Counted from the whole stretch's first letter, positions 46,286-55,189 are shown. The stretch: DNA of 63,221 nt, filler included, from Sandaracinaceae bacterium (GCA_947483975.1; 5 parts of 5 records of this genome joined end to end with filler, not necessarily neighbours in it); one strand, 5' to 3'. Notes: generated from the sequence alone by a model not told the origin. Numbers and translations are program-made.

Positions 46286-46831
46286 ATGGCCCGCGACGAA
46301 CGACGGATCCTCGACGGCGCGCTCATGCGCGAGGCGCTGCGCGCGCTCGACGCGCACCTCGAGAAGCCGCTGCACCTCATCATCGGCGGCGGCGGCGCGA
46401 TGGTCCTGGCGTACGCCATCCCGCTGCACACGCAGGACGTGGACGCCTTCCCGGTAGAGCCGGGCCAGCTCGCCGCGGTCCAAGAGCGGGCGAGCCTCGT
46501 CGCCCGCGAGCTCAACATCGCGCCGGACTGGCTGAACCAGCACTTCGAGACGTTCACGTTCGTCCTGCCCGGTGACTACGCCTCGCGCCTGCGGAGCGTC
46601 TTCCAAGGTCAATGGCTGCGGGCGGACGCGCTGGGTCCCGAGGATCTGCTCGTGATGAAGTGCATGGCCGGGCGCGAGAAGGACCGCCCTCACGCCCGTC
46701 GCCTGATGCGGGAGCGGTGCGACCTCGACATCGTCGATCGGCGCCTCTCGGAGCTCGCGCAGAAGGGCGTCGCCAAGGCCGCGCAGGCCTGTGACTTCTT
46801 CGACGACCTCAAGGAGGAGGTCGGCGCGTGA
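46286..46831 (+). CDS. Nucleotidyltransferase (DUF6036 / AbiEii-like) putative toxin
   Basis: IIGGGGAM...TQDVD, DWLN, EDLLVMK...REKD motifs of Pol-beta-like NTases. Confidence 0.8.
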   Translation: MARDERRILDGALMREALRALDAHLEKPLHLIIGGGGAMVLAYAIPLHTQDVDAFPVEPGQLAAVQERASLVARELNIAPDWLNQHFETFTFVLPGDYASRLRSVFQGQWLRADALGPEDLLVMKCMAGREKDRPHARRLMRERCDLDIVDRRLSELAQKGVAKAAQACDFFDDLKEEVGA

Positions 46832-47817
46832 CGCGGCTGCTCCTGCACGCGCCGACCGAGGACGAGCTCGCGCGTATGTATTGGGAGCTCGCCAAGCTCG
46901 GCGCTCCGGGCGCGGGGGCTCAACGACCATGGGAATACGAGCCCACGTCGCGCGAGGAACTGACCTGCCTCGCCGCCGAGATGTGCCGCTACGACGCGCG
47001 GCTCCTCACGATCCTCGTCTCGTGGCTGGGGCAGCGCTGGGCAGAGCTCAACCCCTTGAGGCTTCGCGTCGAGATGCGCCGTATGCGCGCGCCGCAGGCG
47101 CTCTGCGTCGTGCTGGCGTTCGTGCGGAGCGCCGCCGTCGACCCCGAGCTTCGCAGGCTGGTCGCCTACGTCTCCGCGGGCGTTCTACCCGCTCGACCCG
47201 TCGAGCGTTTCTTCTTCGACAGCGAGCGCCCCGGCAGCCGCCTCGCCGAGCGGAACCTCGGTCGCAGCCTCATCGAGTACTCGCGCTGGGGCTTCCTAGG
47301 CCTCGAGCGTCCCCAGACCGACGTCTTTCGGAAGACGGACGTCGGGCGCTATGACCGCGCGAGCCGCGTCGACCTGCTGCGCCGCCTCGCCAAGCAGCGC
47401 GGCGAACTCACCCTGGCGACCTACGTCGCTGAGCTCGACCACGCTGTCAGCCGCCCGCAAGCCGTCAAAGACGCGCGCGCGGCGGGGCTCCTGCTTCGCG
47501 GCACCAAGCGCGGCGGCAAGTGGCTCTGGCCGGTCCCGGGCCTGCGGGTCACCCTCGGCCCTGCGCCGCTCGTCGCGCACACCGCGAGGGGCGAGGCCCG
47601 CGCAGACCAGCTCGCCGACGAGCAGGGCACGCTGCTCTCCGAGCCCGACGAGCACGGCTGGATCGGGGTGCGCGCCGGGGGGCGCAGCTGGCGCTTGAAG
47701 GCGGCGAGCCTGAGGGTGATCGACGCCGACGCAGCCCTCCCGCGCGCCCCGCGCAGCGACGAGCCTGCTGCGCGTCGTCGGCCGAAAGCGGCGAAGCTCG
47801 CTGTCGTCTCCCGATAG
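46828..47817 (+). CDS. Hypothetical partner of the NTase with winged-HTH-like segment
   Basis: GTGA overlap with the NTase stop; LTLATY...VSRPQAVKD...GTKRGGKW resembles a wHTH. Confidence 0.7.
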   Translation: MTRLLLHAPTEDELARMYWELAKLGAPGAGAQRPWEYEPTSREELTCLAAEMCRYDARLLTILVSWLGQRWAELNPLRLRVEMRRMRAPQALCVVLAFVRSAAVDPELRRLVAYVSAGVLPARPVERFFFDSERPGSRLAERNLGRSLIEYSRWGFLGLERPQTDVFRKTDVGRYDRASRVDLLRRLAKQRGELTLATYVAELDHAVSRPQAVKDARAAGLLLRGTKRGGKWLWPVPGLRVTLGPAPLVAHTARGEARADQLADEQGTLLSEPDEHGWIGVRAGGRSWRLKAASLRVIDADAALPRAPRSDEPAARRRPKAAKLAVVSR

Positions 47818-47851
47818 CCCATGCCAGCCAGCAGAGCCGCCCTCGCGTCGC

Positions 47852-49240
47852 CTACCGCGCCCCCCGCGTCGCCCGCCTGATCTCCGCGCGCGTCATCGGC
47901 CCGCGCAGATACGACATCGCCCAGCGCGGCTGCAGCAGGCACGCGCCCGCCTCGCTCTGCGCGTCGCGCACCACGAACCAGCGCGCCGCGAGGTCGCGCA
48001 GCACGCGGTCGAGGGCGTCGTGCTGCGCGCCACGGAGACCACCGAGCGCCTCGACGACGCGCTCGCGGTCGGCGTCGGTCTGCAGGCGCCCGAGGCACCA
48101 GAGGCCCGCGTTGCCGAGGGCGCGGTAGTCGAGGTCCATCGGGTTCTGCGTCGCGAGCACGCAGCCGACGCCGTACGCGCGCGCTTGCTTCATCAGGGCG
48201 ACGAGCGGGCGCTTCGTCGGCGGGTTCGCGGGGTGCGGCGGCAGATAGCCGTAGACCTCGTCGAAGACGACGAGCGCGCGGAGGCGCCCGGAGCCGGGCA
48301 GGCTGCGCACCCACGTCAGGACCTCCTCGAGCAGCAGCCCGAGCACCAGCGTGCGCTCGTCCTCGTCGAGGTGCGCGACGCTGACGATCGTCGCGGGCGT
48401 CTTGCCGTCGGTCGGCGTCATCCACGCGCCGACGTCGAGGCTGACGCCCTGCCGCCACGACTGAAACGACGGCGCCGCGAGCAGCGTGTTGAGCCGCGCC
48501 GCAAGCTCGCCGCGCGCGCGCTGCGACAGAAACGCCTCGAGCGGCAGCGCGCCGATCGTGTCGATGGGCGGCTCGAGCACGTCGGCGACGAGCGCGCCGA
48601 GGTCCGCCGTCTGCCCCGCGCGCAGGCGCCGCTCGGCGAGCACCGACAGCAGCGCGTGCTCGCGGCTGCGTCCCGGCTCGGCGTCGCGCCCGAGCAGGCG
48701 CAGCACGAGCGACACCGTCGCGCCGAGGGAGGTGCGCGCGCGCTCGACGTCCGTGTCCCAGAGGGTTGAGCGCCGCTCGAGCGACGACAGCAGATGCAGC
48801 AGCTCGCCGGCGTCCGCGCCCGGCGTCAGCACGCGCACGCGCGTCTTTTGGGCGAAGTCCGCGAGGTCCGCCTCGCCGAGGTGCCAGCACTCGAGCCCGT
48901 GCCGCCGCGCCTCTGCGGCCGCCTCGACGAGCGGCGCGTCGGCGACGCCGTCCTCGTCGTCGGGCGCCGCCTCGACCCAGGGCGCGAGGGCGTCGGCCGA
49001 GAGCGTCGGCAGCGCGAGCGCGAGGTTCGGCAGATCGCCCTTCACGTCGAGCATCAGCACCGGCACGCCCGCGCGCAGCGCCTCCTCGACGAGCACCGTG
49101 ACGAGCCCCGTCTTGCCCGAGCCGGACATCCCGACGACCACGCCATGCGTGACGAGGTGATGCGCCGGCAGGGCGAGCGGCCCCAGCTCGGTCGATCCAT
49201 CCAACGAGCAACTGCGACCGAGCTGGAGCGTGGGGTTCAT
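47852..49240 (-). CDS. HerA/FtsK-superfamily (DUF87/DUF853-like) ATPase
   Basis: HGVVVGMSGSGKT Walker A, DVKGD, VFDEV Walker B, KQARAYGVG..LATQNP. Confidence 0.9.
   Translation of the reverse strand: MNPTLQLGRSCSLDGSTELGPLALPAHHLVTHGVVVGMSGSGKTGLVTVLVEEALRAGVPVLMLDVKGDLPNLALALPTLSADALAPWVEAAPDDEDGVADAPLVEAAAEARRHGLECWHLGEADLADFAQKTRVRVLTPGADAGELLHLLSSLERRSTLWDTDVERARTSLGATVSLVLRLLGRDAEPGRSREHALLSVLAERRLRAGQTADLGALVADVLEPPIDTIGALPLEAFLSQRARGELAARLNTLLAAPSFQSWRQGVSLDVGAWMTPTDGKTPATIVSVAHLDEDERTLVLGLLLEEVLTWVRSLPGSGRLRALVVFDEVYGYLPPHPANPPTKRPLVALMKQARAYGVGCVLATQNPMDLDYRALGNAGLWCLGRLQTDADRERVVEALGGLRGAQHDALDRVLRDLAARWFVVRDAQSEAGACLLQPRWAMSYLRGPMTRAEIRRATRGAR
47859..48066 (-). repeat. Direct repeat copy B (within the ATPase 3' end)
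   Basis: Matches 45994-46201 at offset 1865 bp. Confidence 0.95.
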
Positions 49241-49270
49241 GGCGGGTCTCCGGGGTGCGTGCGCGACGAC

Positions 49271-50206
49271 TCAGTGCGAGATGAACGGCGACGCCCCCGG
49301 CAGGCCGGGCGCGATCGGCGGCGCAGCGGGCGCCGCGGGGGCGGCGATGACGGGCGTCACAGGGTCGGTGGCGATGGGCGTGCCGATGACCGGCGTCGCG
49401 ATGACGGGCGTCGGCGCATCTGCGGCCGGCGCGTTCTGCCCGTTGCGCTTGCCGCGCCCTGCCCAGAGCGACGGCGCGATCGACTCCACGTCGCCCTCGG
49501 TCCAGCGCAGGTACATCACGGCGCGCCGCACCTGATCGTAGAGATCGACGAGCATGGTGAACGCGCGCTGCCGAAGCTCACCGAGCACGCCCGCCTCGGC
49601 CGCGACCGTCTCGCGCTCGCTGAGCACGCGCGCGAAGCGCTGCGCGAGCTGCTCCGCGCGGTCGAGGTCGGCGAGCTTGACGCCCGTGTGTCCTTCAACC
49701 TCGGGCCAGTGCTTGCGGTAGAGCGTGACGAGCTGGAAGACGTCGAAGATCTGGTTGGCGAAGCCGACGTTGCCGCGCAGCTCCCCGAGCTCGCCCGCTT
49801 GCAGCAGCTTGCGCTTGACGAGCGTACCGGCGTCCGAGACGAGCACGTCGCGCTCGGCGACGACCTCGTCGGAGAGCTTCTGCACGTCGGTCGGCGCGAG
49901 CGCGATGAGGTACTCGGAGTGCGCCTGAGCCATCGCCTGCGCGAAGATCGGGAGCTCGTCGATGTTCACCGCCATCGCCTCCCCGAGCATCGCGGCGATC
50001 GCAGGCCGCAAGGCCCGGAGCAGCGGCAGCGCCCCCATGACCGTCAGGATGATGGTCGCGATGTCGAGGTTGATGATCCGCAGCTTGGCCGTCGGGAGCG
50101 CCATGAGTCTCGGGCGCACACTCTCGAGCGCGGCTGCGTTGCTGGTCGTCGTCGTGTTGCTGTTGGTCGCCGGGTTGGTGTTCGTGGTCGGTTCGGTGGG
50201 TGCCAT
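49271..50206 (-). CDS. Hypothetical alpha-helical protein in an operon with the ATPase
   Basis: AAAGGAG RBS; T/N-rich N-tail, helical core, TPVI-repeat Pro-rich C-tail; 30 bp before the ATPase start. Confidence 0.85.
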   Translation of the reverse strand: MAPTEPTTNTNPATNSNTTTTSNAAALESVRPRLMALPTAKLRIINLDIATIILTVMGALPLLRALRPAIAAMLGEAMAVNIDELPIFAQAMAQAHSEYLIALAPTDVQKLSDEVVAERDVLVSDAGTLVKRKLLQAGELGELRGNVGFANQIFDVFQLVTLYRKHWPEVEGHTGVKLADLDRAEQLAQRFARVLSERETVAAEAGVLGELRQRAFTMLVDLYDQVRRAVMYLRWTEGDVESIAPSLWAGRGKRNGQNAPAADAPTPVIATPVIGTPIATDPVTPVIAAPAAPAAPPIAPGLPGASPFISH

Positions 50207-50364
50207 GATCGTTTCTCCTTTTGTGGTTTCGTAGCGTTGAGTTACGCGGGGCTCCGCGTGTTTGGCGCTCTTCTCGGAGCGGCGACGCCCGGAGTTGCGG
50301 GTTGGCAAAAAGAATCTTCGGGCAGCCGAGAATCGGCGCCGGCGGTGCAAAACAACGTGGAAGA

Positions 50365-50593
50365 CCAGGTCACCTGGGCGCGAACGAAGGTCGCTCCGTG
50401 GCGCAAGCCAGGTCAGGTGCGCGCCAACGAACGTCGCCCGGCGGCGCAAGTCAGGTCAGCTCAATCGGCGCGAAGCGCGCGACCACGCGGCTCGACCTGA
50501 CCTGTGCGCCAACGGTCATGCGCATCGGAACCCAGCCAGGTCACCTGGGCGGGGTAGCGGTCATGGACACCACCGGCGCGGCAGGTCACCTGG
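50365..50593. repeat. Phased array of palindromic CCAGGTCACCTGG-like motifs, ~43-bp period
   Basis: Motif starts at 50365, 50408, 50451, 50493, 50536, 50581; array runs into the contig end. Confidence 0.8.
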
Positions 50594-50693
50594 NNNNNNN
50601 NNNNNNNNNNNNNNNNNNNNNNNNNNNNNNNNNNNNNTTAATTAATTAANNNNNNNNNNNNNNNNNNNNNNNNNNNNNNNNNNNNNNNNNNNN
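50594..50693. other. Artificial contig linker
   Basis: N run + TTAATTAATTAA + N run. Confidence 0.99.
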
Positions 50694-50903
50694 CTCCGCG
50701 AACGCGCGCGCCGTGCGTCTCACGCGCTGCAGCGCGGGCGAGAGCGTCACGGTGTCTTGCTCCCACGCGTCGAGCGGCGCGTACTCGACGAGCGCCCGCA
50801 CCAGCCGCGGCAGCCGCGCGAAGGCGGTCCGCGGCGAGAGCGCGCTGCCCGGCGGCGCGTGCCCGCTCAGGTGAGTCGGCGGAACTCTGCGGCGCTCAGT
50901 CAT
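50694..50903 (-). CDS. 5' part of a probable acyl-CoA dehydrogenase
   Basis: LSPALQRVRRTARAFAE resembles the ACAD N-terminal helix; start overlaps the preceding ACAD stop. Confidence 0.55.
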
Positions 50904-52023
50904 GGAGGCGCTCCCACTCCGCGACCATCAGCGTGAGCTCGCGCGGGCTCCCGGCGAGCGCGCGCAGCGAGTTCACGTCCCGGACGACCTTCTCGGCGCC
51001 GGTGTCTTTCATGTAACCGAGCCCACCGAACGCCTGAAGCGCCCCGTTCGCCGCGTCTGCCAGCTCCGGCTGGGCCCGCGCCCGCAGACCGAGCACGCGG
51101 GGCAGCGCGTCGAGCCCGAGCGGTCGAGCGCTCAGCCCGTCGAGCTGCGCGCGGCAGCCATGCAGCGTCGTGCTCCCGCGCCCGAGCAAGCCGAGGACGG
51201 CGTCGTGCCGGTCGATCGTCGCGCCGCCCTGATGTCGCTGCGCCGCATACCTGCGCGCCTGCGCGTGCGCGCGCTCGACGGCGCCGAGCGACAGCGCGAC
51301 GAGCGCGAGCTGATGCGCCAACACCGCCGCTGTGACGCGCGCGAGAGAGGCCTCACGCGGCAGCGCGTCGAGCGTGCCCGGCTCGCGCGGCCGCACCTCC
51401 GCCGTCTCGAGCTCATCGAGCCCGTGCGCGTGCGGGTGCACGCTCACCTCGAGCTGCGCCCGGGCGTGCAGCTGCCAGCGAAGCGCGCCGTCGGCGTCGA
51501 CGCACGGCGTCAGCAGCCCCGCGAAGCCAGGGTCGAGCGGCAGCACGCGCACCGCATCGCGCGCATAGACATCGGCGAGGAGCGCGCGGTCCTCGGCGTC
51601 GAGCGGCGCCCCGAGCAGCGCCCGCACGAGCCCGAGCCGACCGAGCCCATATCCACCCTGCGGCGCGATGGCGAGCGGCCCATCGACGAGCCTCTCCAAG
51701 CCCGTGAGTCGCGCGACCACGCGCCCGAGCGCGCGCTGATGCACGACGAAGGCGAGCGCGGTGTTGGCCCGCGAGAGCCGCGCGAGCACCGCGAGCGTCC
51801 CGCCCAAACCAACGTCCTTTTCGAGAGCCTCCCACGGCGCCAAGCCGCTCGGCTCCTCGTCGCTCCCCGCCAAGCCGAGCGCTTCCGCTTCGGCGAGCAG
51901 CGCCGCGAGCGCACCGCGGCTGAGCGGAGCCTCTGGGCGCGCGACCGCGGGCTCCACGCTGCGCTGCGCGAAGCGGTCGACCTCTGTGGACAGCGCCTGC
52001 TGCTCTGTCGGCGGGGTGCTCAT
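50896..52023 (-). CDS. Acyl-CoA dehydrogenase family protein (divergent)
   Basis: YAAQRHQGG..I, ALQAFGGLGYMKDTGAEKVVRD; degenerate middle domain. Confidence 0.8.
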   Translation of the reverse strand: MSTPPTEQQALSTEVDRFAQRSVEPAVARPEAPLSRGALAALLAEAEALGLAGSDEEPSGLAPWEALEKDVGLGGTLAVLARLSRANTALAFVVHQRALGRVVARLTGLERLVDGPLAIAPQGGYGLGRLGLVRALLGAPLDAEDRALLADVYARDAVRVLPLDPGFAGLLTPCVDADGALRWQLHARAQLEVSVHPHAHGLDELETAEVRPREPGTLDALPREASLARVTAAVLAHQLALVALSLGAVERAHAQARRYAAQRHQGGATIDRHDAVLGLLGRGSTTLHGCRAQLDGLSARPLGLDALPRVLGLRARAQPELADAANGALQAFGGLGYMKDTGAEKVVRDVNSLRALAGSPRELTLMVAEWERLHD

Positions 52024-52114
52024 GATTTGTGCTCGTGTTGGCAAGAGGGAACTCATGCGCTCGATCAGTTCGCTGAGAGGGATCGCACGCCGCCCCCCCC
52101 GAGAGCCACTCACC

Positions 52115-52128
52115 TTGACGCACGTCAA
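52115..52128. promoter_or_regulatory. FNR/CRP-family binding site
   Basis: TTGAC-GCAC-GTCAA matches TTGAY-N4-RTCAA with perfect inverted arms, centred about 61 bp upstream of the had ATG. Confidence 0.75.
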
Positions 52129-52182
52129 CTGCGCGAGCTTCCGGAAATGCGAACGAAGGACTGGCCTTTCGAGGGGTCAATC

Positions 52183-53241
52183 ATGCGCGCTCAAGCCTAC
52201 GTACTCACCAAGCCCGGAACGCCGCTCGCCCAGGAATCGATCGAACTCGGCGACCTCACGCCCGGGCAGGTCGTCGTCGAGGTCCTCGCCTGCGGCCTCT
52301 GCCACACGGATCTCGGGTTCGCCGATGGCTCCGTCGCGCCGAAGCACGCGCTGCCCCTCGTCCTCGGCCACGAGGTCGTCGGCAAGGTCGTCGAGGCGGC
52401 CGCCGGAGCCGAGTCGCTCCTCGGTCGCAACGTGATCGTGCCGTCGGTGATGGCGTGCGGTGAGTGCGCCTATTGCCGCGCGGGCCGCAGCAACATCTGC
52501 CCGAAGCAGATCATGCCCGGCAACGACGTCAACGGCGGCTTCTCGACGCACATGATCGCGCCCGGGCGCGCGCTCGTGACGCTCGATGATCTCCCCGCGT
52601 CCGTGCGCCTCGACTCGCTGAGCGTCGTCGCTGACGCAGTCTCCACCGCCTATCAGGCGATCCGCCGCAGCGGCCTGCAGCGCGGCGATCTCGCCTTCGT
52701 CGTCGGCGCGGGCGGGGTCGGGGGCTTCGTCGCGCAGATCGCGCACGCGCTCGGCGCGTACGTGGTCGTCTGCGACGTGAGCGACGAGCGCCTCGCGATG
52801 GCGCGCACCCTCGGCGCCGACCACGCCGTCAACGTCGGCGGGCGCGAGCAGCGCGAGGTCCGCAAGGAGCTGCAGGGCGTCGCCAAGGAGCAGCGCATCG
52901 CGTCGCTCGGCTGGCGCATCTTCGAGTGCAGCGGCACCACGCCCGGTCAGACGCTCGCATACTCGCTGATCGGCGCCGCCTCCACGCTCGTCGTGACGGG
53001 CTTCACGCGCGAGCCCGCGAGCCTGCGCCTGTCGAACCTGATGGCCTTCGACGCCACGGTGCACGGCACCTGGGGCGCGCCGGGCGACTCCTATCCAGGC
53101 GTCCTCGAGCTGATCGCCAAGGGCGCAGTGCAGATCGAGCCAGTGATCGAGCGCGCGCCGATGTCGCGCCTCCCCGAGCTGATGGGCGCCCTCGCGCGCC
53201 ACGAGCTCGGCAAGCGAATGGTCTTGGATCCGAAGTCCTGA
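52183..53241 (+). CDS. had: 6-hydroxycyclohex-1-ene-1-carbonyl-CoA dehydrogenase
   Basis: Zn-ADH motifs CGLCHTD, GHE, CGECAYC..C; MPGND, SVVADAV, IFECSG, LSNLMAFDA; operon context. Confidence 0.92.
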   Translation: MRAQAYVLTKPGTPLAQESIELGDLTPGQVVVEVLACGLCHTDLGFADGSVAPKHALPLVLGHEVVGKVVEAAAGAESLLGRNVIVPSVMACGECAYCRAGRSNICPKQIMPGNDVNGGFSTHMIAPGRALVTLDDLPASVRLDSLSVVADAVSTAYQAIRRSGLQRGDLAFVVGAGGVGGFVAQIAHALGAYVVVCDVSDERLAMARTLGADHAVNVGGREQREVRKELQGVAKEQRIASLGWRIFECSGTTPGQTLAYSLIGAASTLVVTGFTREPASLRLSNLMAFDATVHGTWGAPGDSYPGVLELIAKGAVQIEPVIERAPMSRLPELMGALARHELGKRMVLDPKS

Positions 53242-53267
53242 ACAGCGACGTTTTTCGAGGAGAATCG

Positions 53268-54404
53268 ATGCCTGAGCTCAAGAATCACGAACTGGTCGCC
53301 GGTCACGAGTTCCGCCACATCCGCTACGAAGAGCGCCCCGTGTTCGACACGGCGGGCAAGCCCGTCGAGGGCCTGCACCAGGTCCTCATCGCGCTCGACA
53401 ACGAGAAGCAGCTGAACTCGTACACGACCGCTGCGGTCAAGGACGTCATTCTCGCCTTCCGGCGCGCGAGCATCGATCGCGCCGCGGTCGCCGTCGTCTT
53501 CACCGCGGCGGGCGATCAGTCGTTCTGCACCGGCGGCAACACCGCCGAGTACGCGTCGTACTACTCGAATCGCCCCCTCGAGTATCTGCAGTACATGCGG
53601 CTCTTCAACGACATGGTCACTGCGATCTTGCTCTGCGACAAGCCCGTAGTCTGTCGCGTCAACGGGATGCGCATCGGCGGCGGCCAAGAGATCGGCATGG
53701 CGTGCGACTTCACCGTCGCCGGCGATCACGCGCGCTTCGGCCAAGCGGGTCCGAAGCACGGATCCGCCCCCGACGGCGGCGCGACGGATTTCCTCGACCT
53801 CTACGTCGGCTGTTCGGCTGCGGCTGAGTCGCTCGTCCTCTGCGAGCCGTGGTCCGCGCACAAGTCGATGCGCCTCGGCCTGATCAACGAGTTCGCGCTC
53901 GTGCACAAGACCAAGGACGGCACCTTCGTGCCGAACCCGTGGGTCGTCACCGACCGCTACATCGACGACCGCGGGCAGGTCGTCTATGGCGACTGGAAGA
54001 CCGGCGCGGCGCGCGACGACGCCAAGAAGGCGGCCGCCGAGCTGACGGTCGATCTCAAGCCGCTCGACGAGGCCTGTGAGCGCCTCGTCACGAAGCTGAT
54101 GTACACGTTCCCGGACTGCACGCGAAAGACGCTCGAGAGCCTCCGCAAGAAGAAGCTCGACTGCTGGACGCGCAACGCCGAGAGCAACCGCTCGTGGCTC
54201 TCGCTCAACATGGCGACCGAGGCGGCGGCGGGCTTCCCGGCGTTCCATTACGGCGACAAGAAGAGCGGGCGCGAGATCGACTTCGTGCTCCTGCGTCGTC
54301 GCCTCGCCGAGGGCGTGCGCTTCGAGGAGGCCCTCATCGACGAGGTGCTCCCCGCGGGCGCTCGCGCGGCGCGCGCCGCTGCGCGCAGCGAGTCCGAGAA
54401 GTGA
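53268..54404 (+). CDS. oah: 6-oxocyclohex-1-ene-1-carbonyl-CoA hydrolase
   Basis: QLNSYTT, FCTGGNT.EYA.YY, RVNGMRIGGGQEIGMACD, GQAGPKHGSAP. Confidence 0.95.
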   Translation: MPELKNHELVAGHEFRHIRYEERPVFDTAGKPVEGLHQVLIALDNEKQLNSYTTAAVKDVILAFRRASIDRAAVAVVFTAAGDQSFCTGGNTAEYASYYSNRPLEYLQYMRLFNDMVTAILLCDKPVVCRVNGMRIGGGQEIGMACDFTVAGDHARFGQAGPKHGSAPDGGATDFLDLYVGCSAAAESLVLCEPWSAHKSMRLGLINEFALVHKTKDGTFVPNPWVVTDRYIDDRGQVVYGDWKTGAARDDAKKAAAELTVDLKPLDEACERLVTKLMYTFPDCTRKTLESLRKKKLDCWTRNAESNRSWLSLNMATEAAAGFPAFHYGDKKSGREIDFVLLRRRLAEGVRFEEALIDEVLPAGARAARAAARSESEK

Positions 54405-55189
54405 GCGTGACTGAGGCTGTCCGCGCAGAGCTGCGCGAGAGCGGGAGTCTGCTCGAGCTCGTGATCGATGTGCCGAAGGGCAACATCCTCTCGGGCGCCG
54501 TGATGCGCGCGCTCGACGCGCACCTCGTCGAGCACGCGAGTCGTCCGGAGCTTCGCCTCGTCACGCTCCGCGGCGAGGGGAAGAACTTCTCCTTCGGCGC
54601 GTCGGTCGAGGAGCATCGCCGGGACGCTGCGCGCGAGATGCTCACGACGTTTCACGCGCTGATTCGGCGCATCGCCACTTACCCGGTGCCCGTCGCGACC
54701 CTCGTCGACGGGCGCTGTCTCGGCGGCGCCTTCGAGGTCGCGCTCGCGGGGCACTTCGTGCTCGCGACGAGCAAGGCGATCTTCGGCTGTCCGGAGATCA
54801 AGCTCGGCGTGTTTCCGCCCGTCCTCGCGGCGCTCGGGCCCTCGCGGCTCGGCGGCGCGCTCAGCGAGCGACTCCTGCTCACCGGCGCGGAGCTCGGCGT
54901 CGACGCCGCGCACACCGCGGGCTTCGTCAGCGTGCTCGTGCCCGACGGCGTCGCGCTCGAGACCTTCGCCCGCGACTGGTACCGCAGCACGCTCGCGCCG
55001 CTCTCCGCCAAGGCCCTGCGTCATGGCGTGCGCGCCGCGCGCTGCGGGGCCCAGCTCGATCTCTGCCTCAGCGAGATCCTCAACGAGGTCGAGGGCCAAT
55101 ACCTCGATGATGTCGTAGCAAGTCACGATGGCAACGAGGGCATCGAGGCCTTCATCGCGCGCCGTGAACCCGTCTGGAGAAACGCATGA
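54401..55189 (+). CDS. dch: Cyclohexa-1,5-diene-1-carbonyl-CoA hydratase
   Basis: PKGNIL, FSFGASVEEH, CLGG, PEIKLGVF crotonase motifs; between oah and bcrC. Confidence 0.9.
   Translation: MSVTEAVRAELRESGSLLELVIDVPKGNILSGAVMRALDAHLVEHASRPELRLVTLRGEGKNFSFGASVEEHRRDAAREMLTTFHALIRRIATYPVPVATLVDGRCLGGAFEVALAGHFVLATSKAIFGCPEIKLGVFPPVLAALGPSRLGGALSERLLLTGAELGVDAAHTAGFVSVLVPDGVALETFARDWYRSTLAPLSAKALRHGVRAARCGAQLDLCLSEILNEVEGQYLDDVVASHDGNEGIEAFIARREPVWRNA

Noticed and set aside
50365..50593. Palindrome array as a CRISPR array
   Set aside because: The conserved core is only about 13-16 bp and degenerate, units 1 and 2 share inter-core sequence, and there are no cas genes; reported instead as an unexplained array
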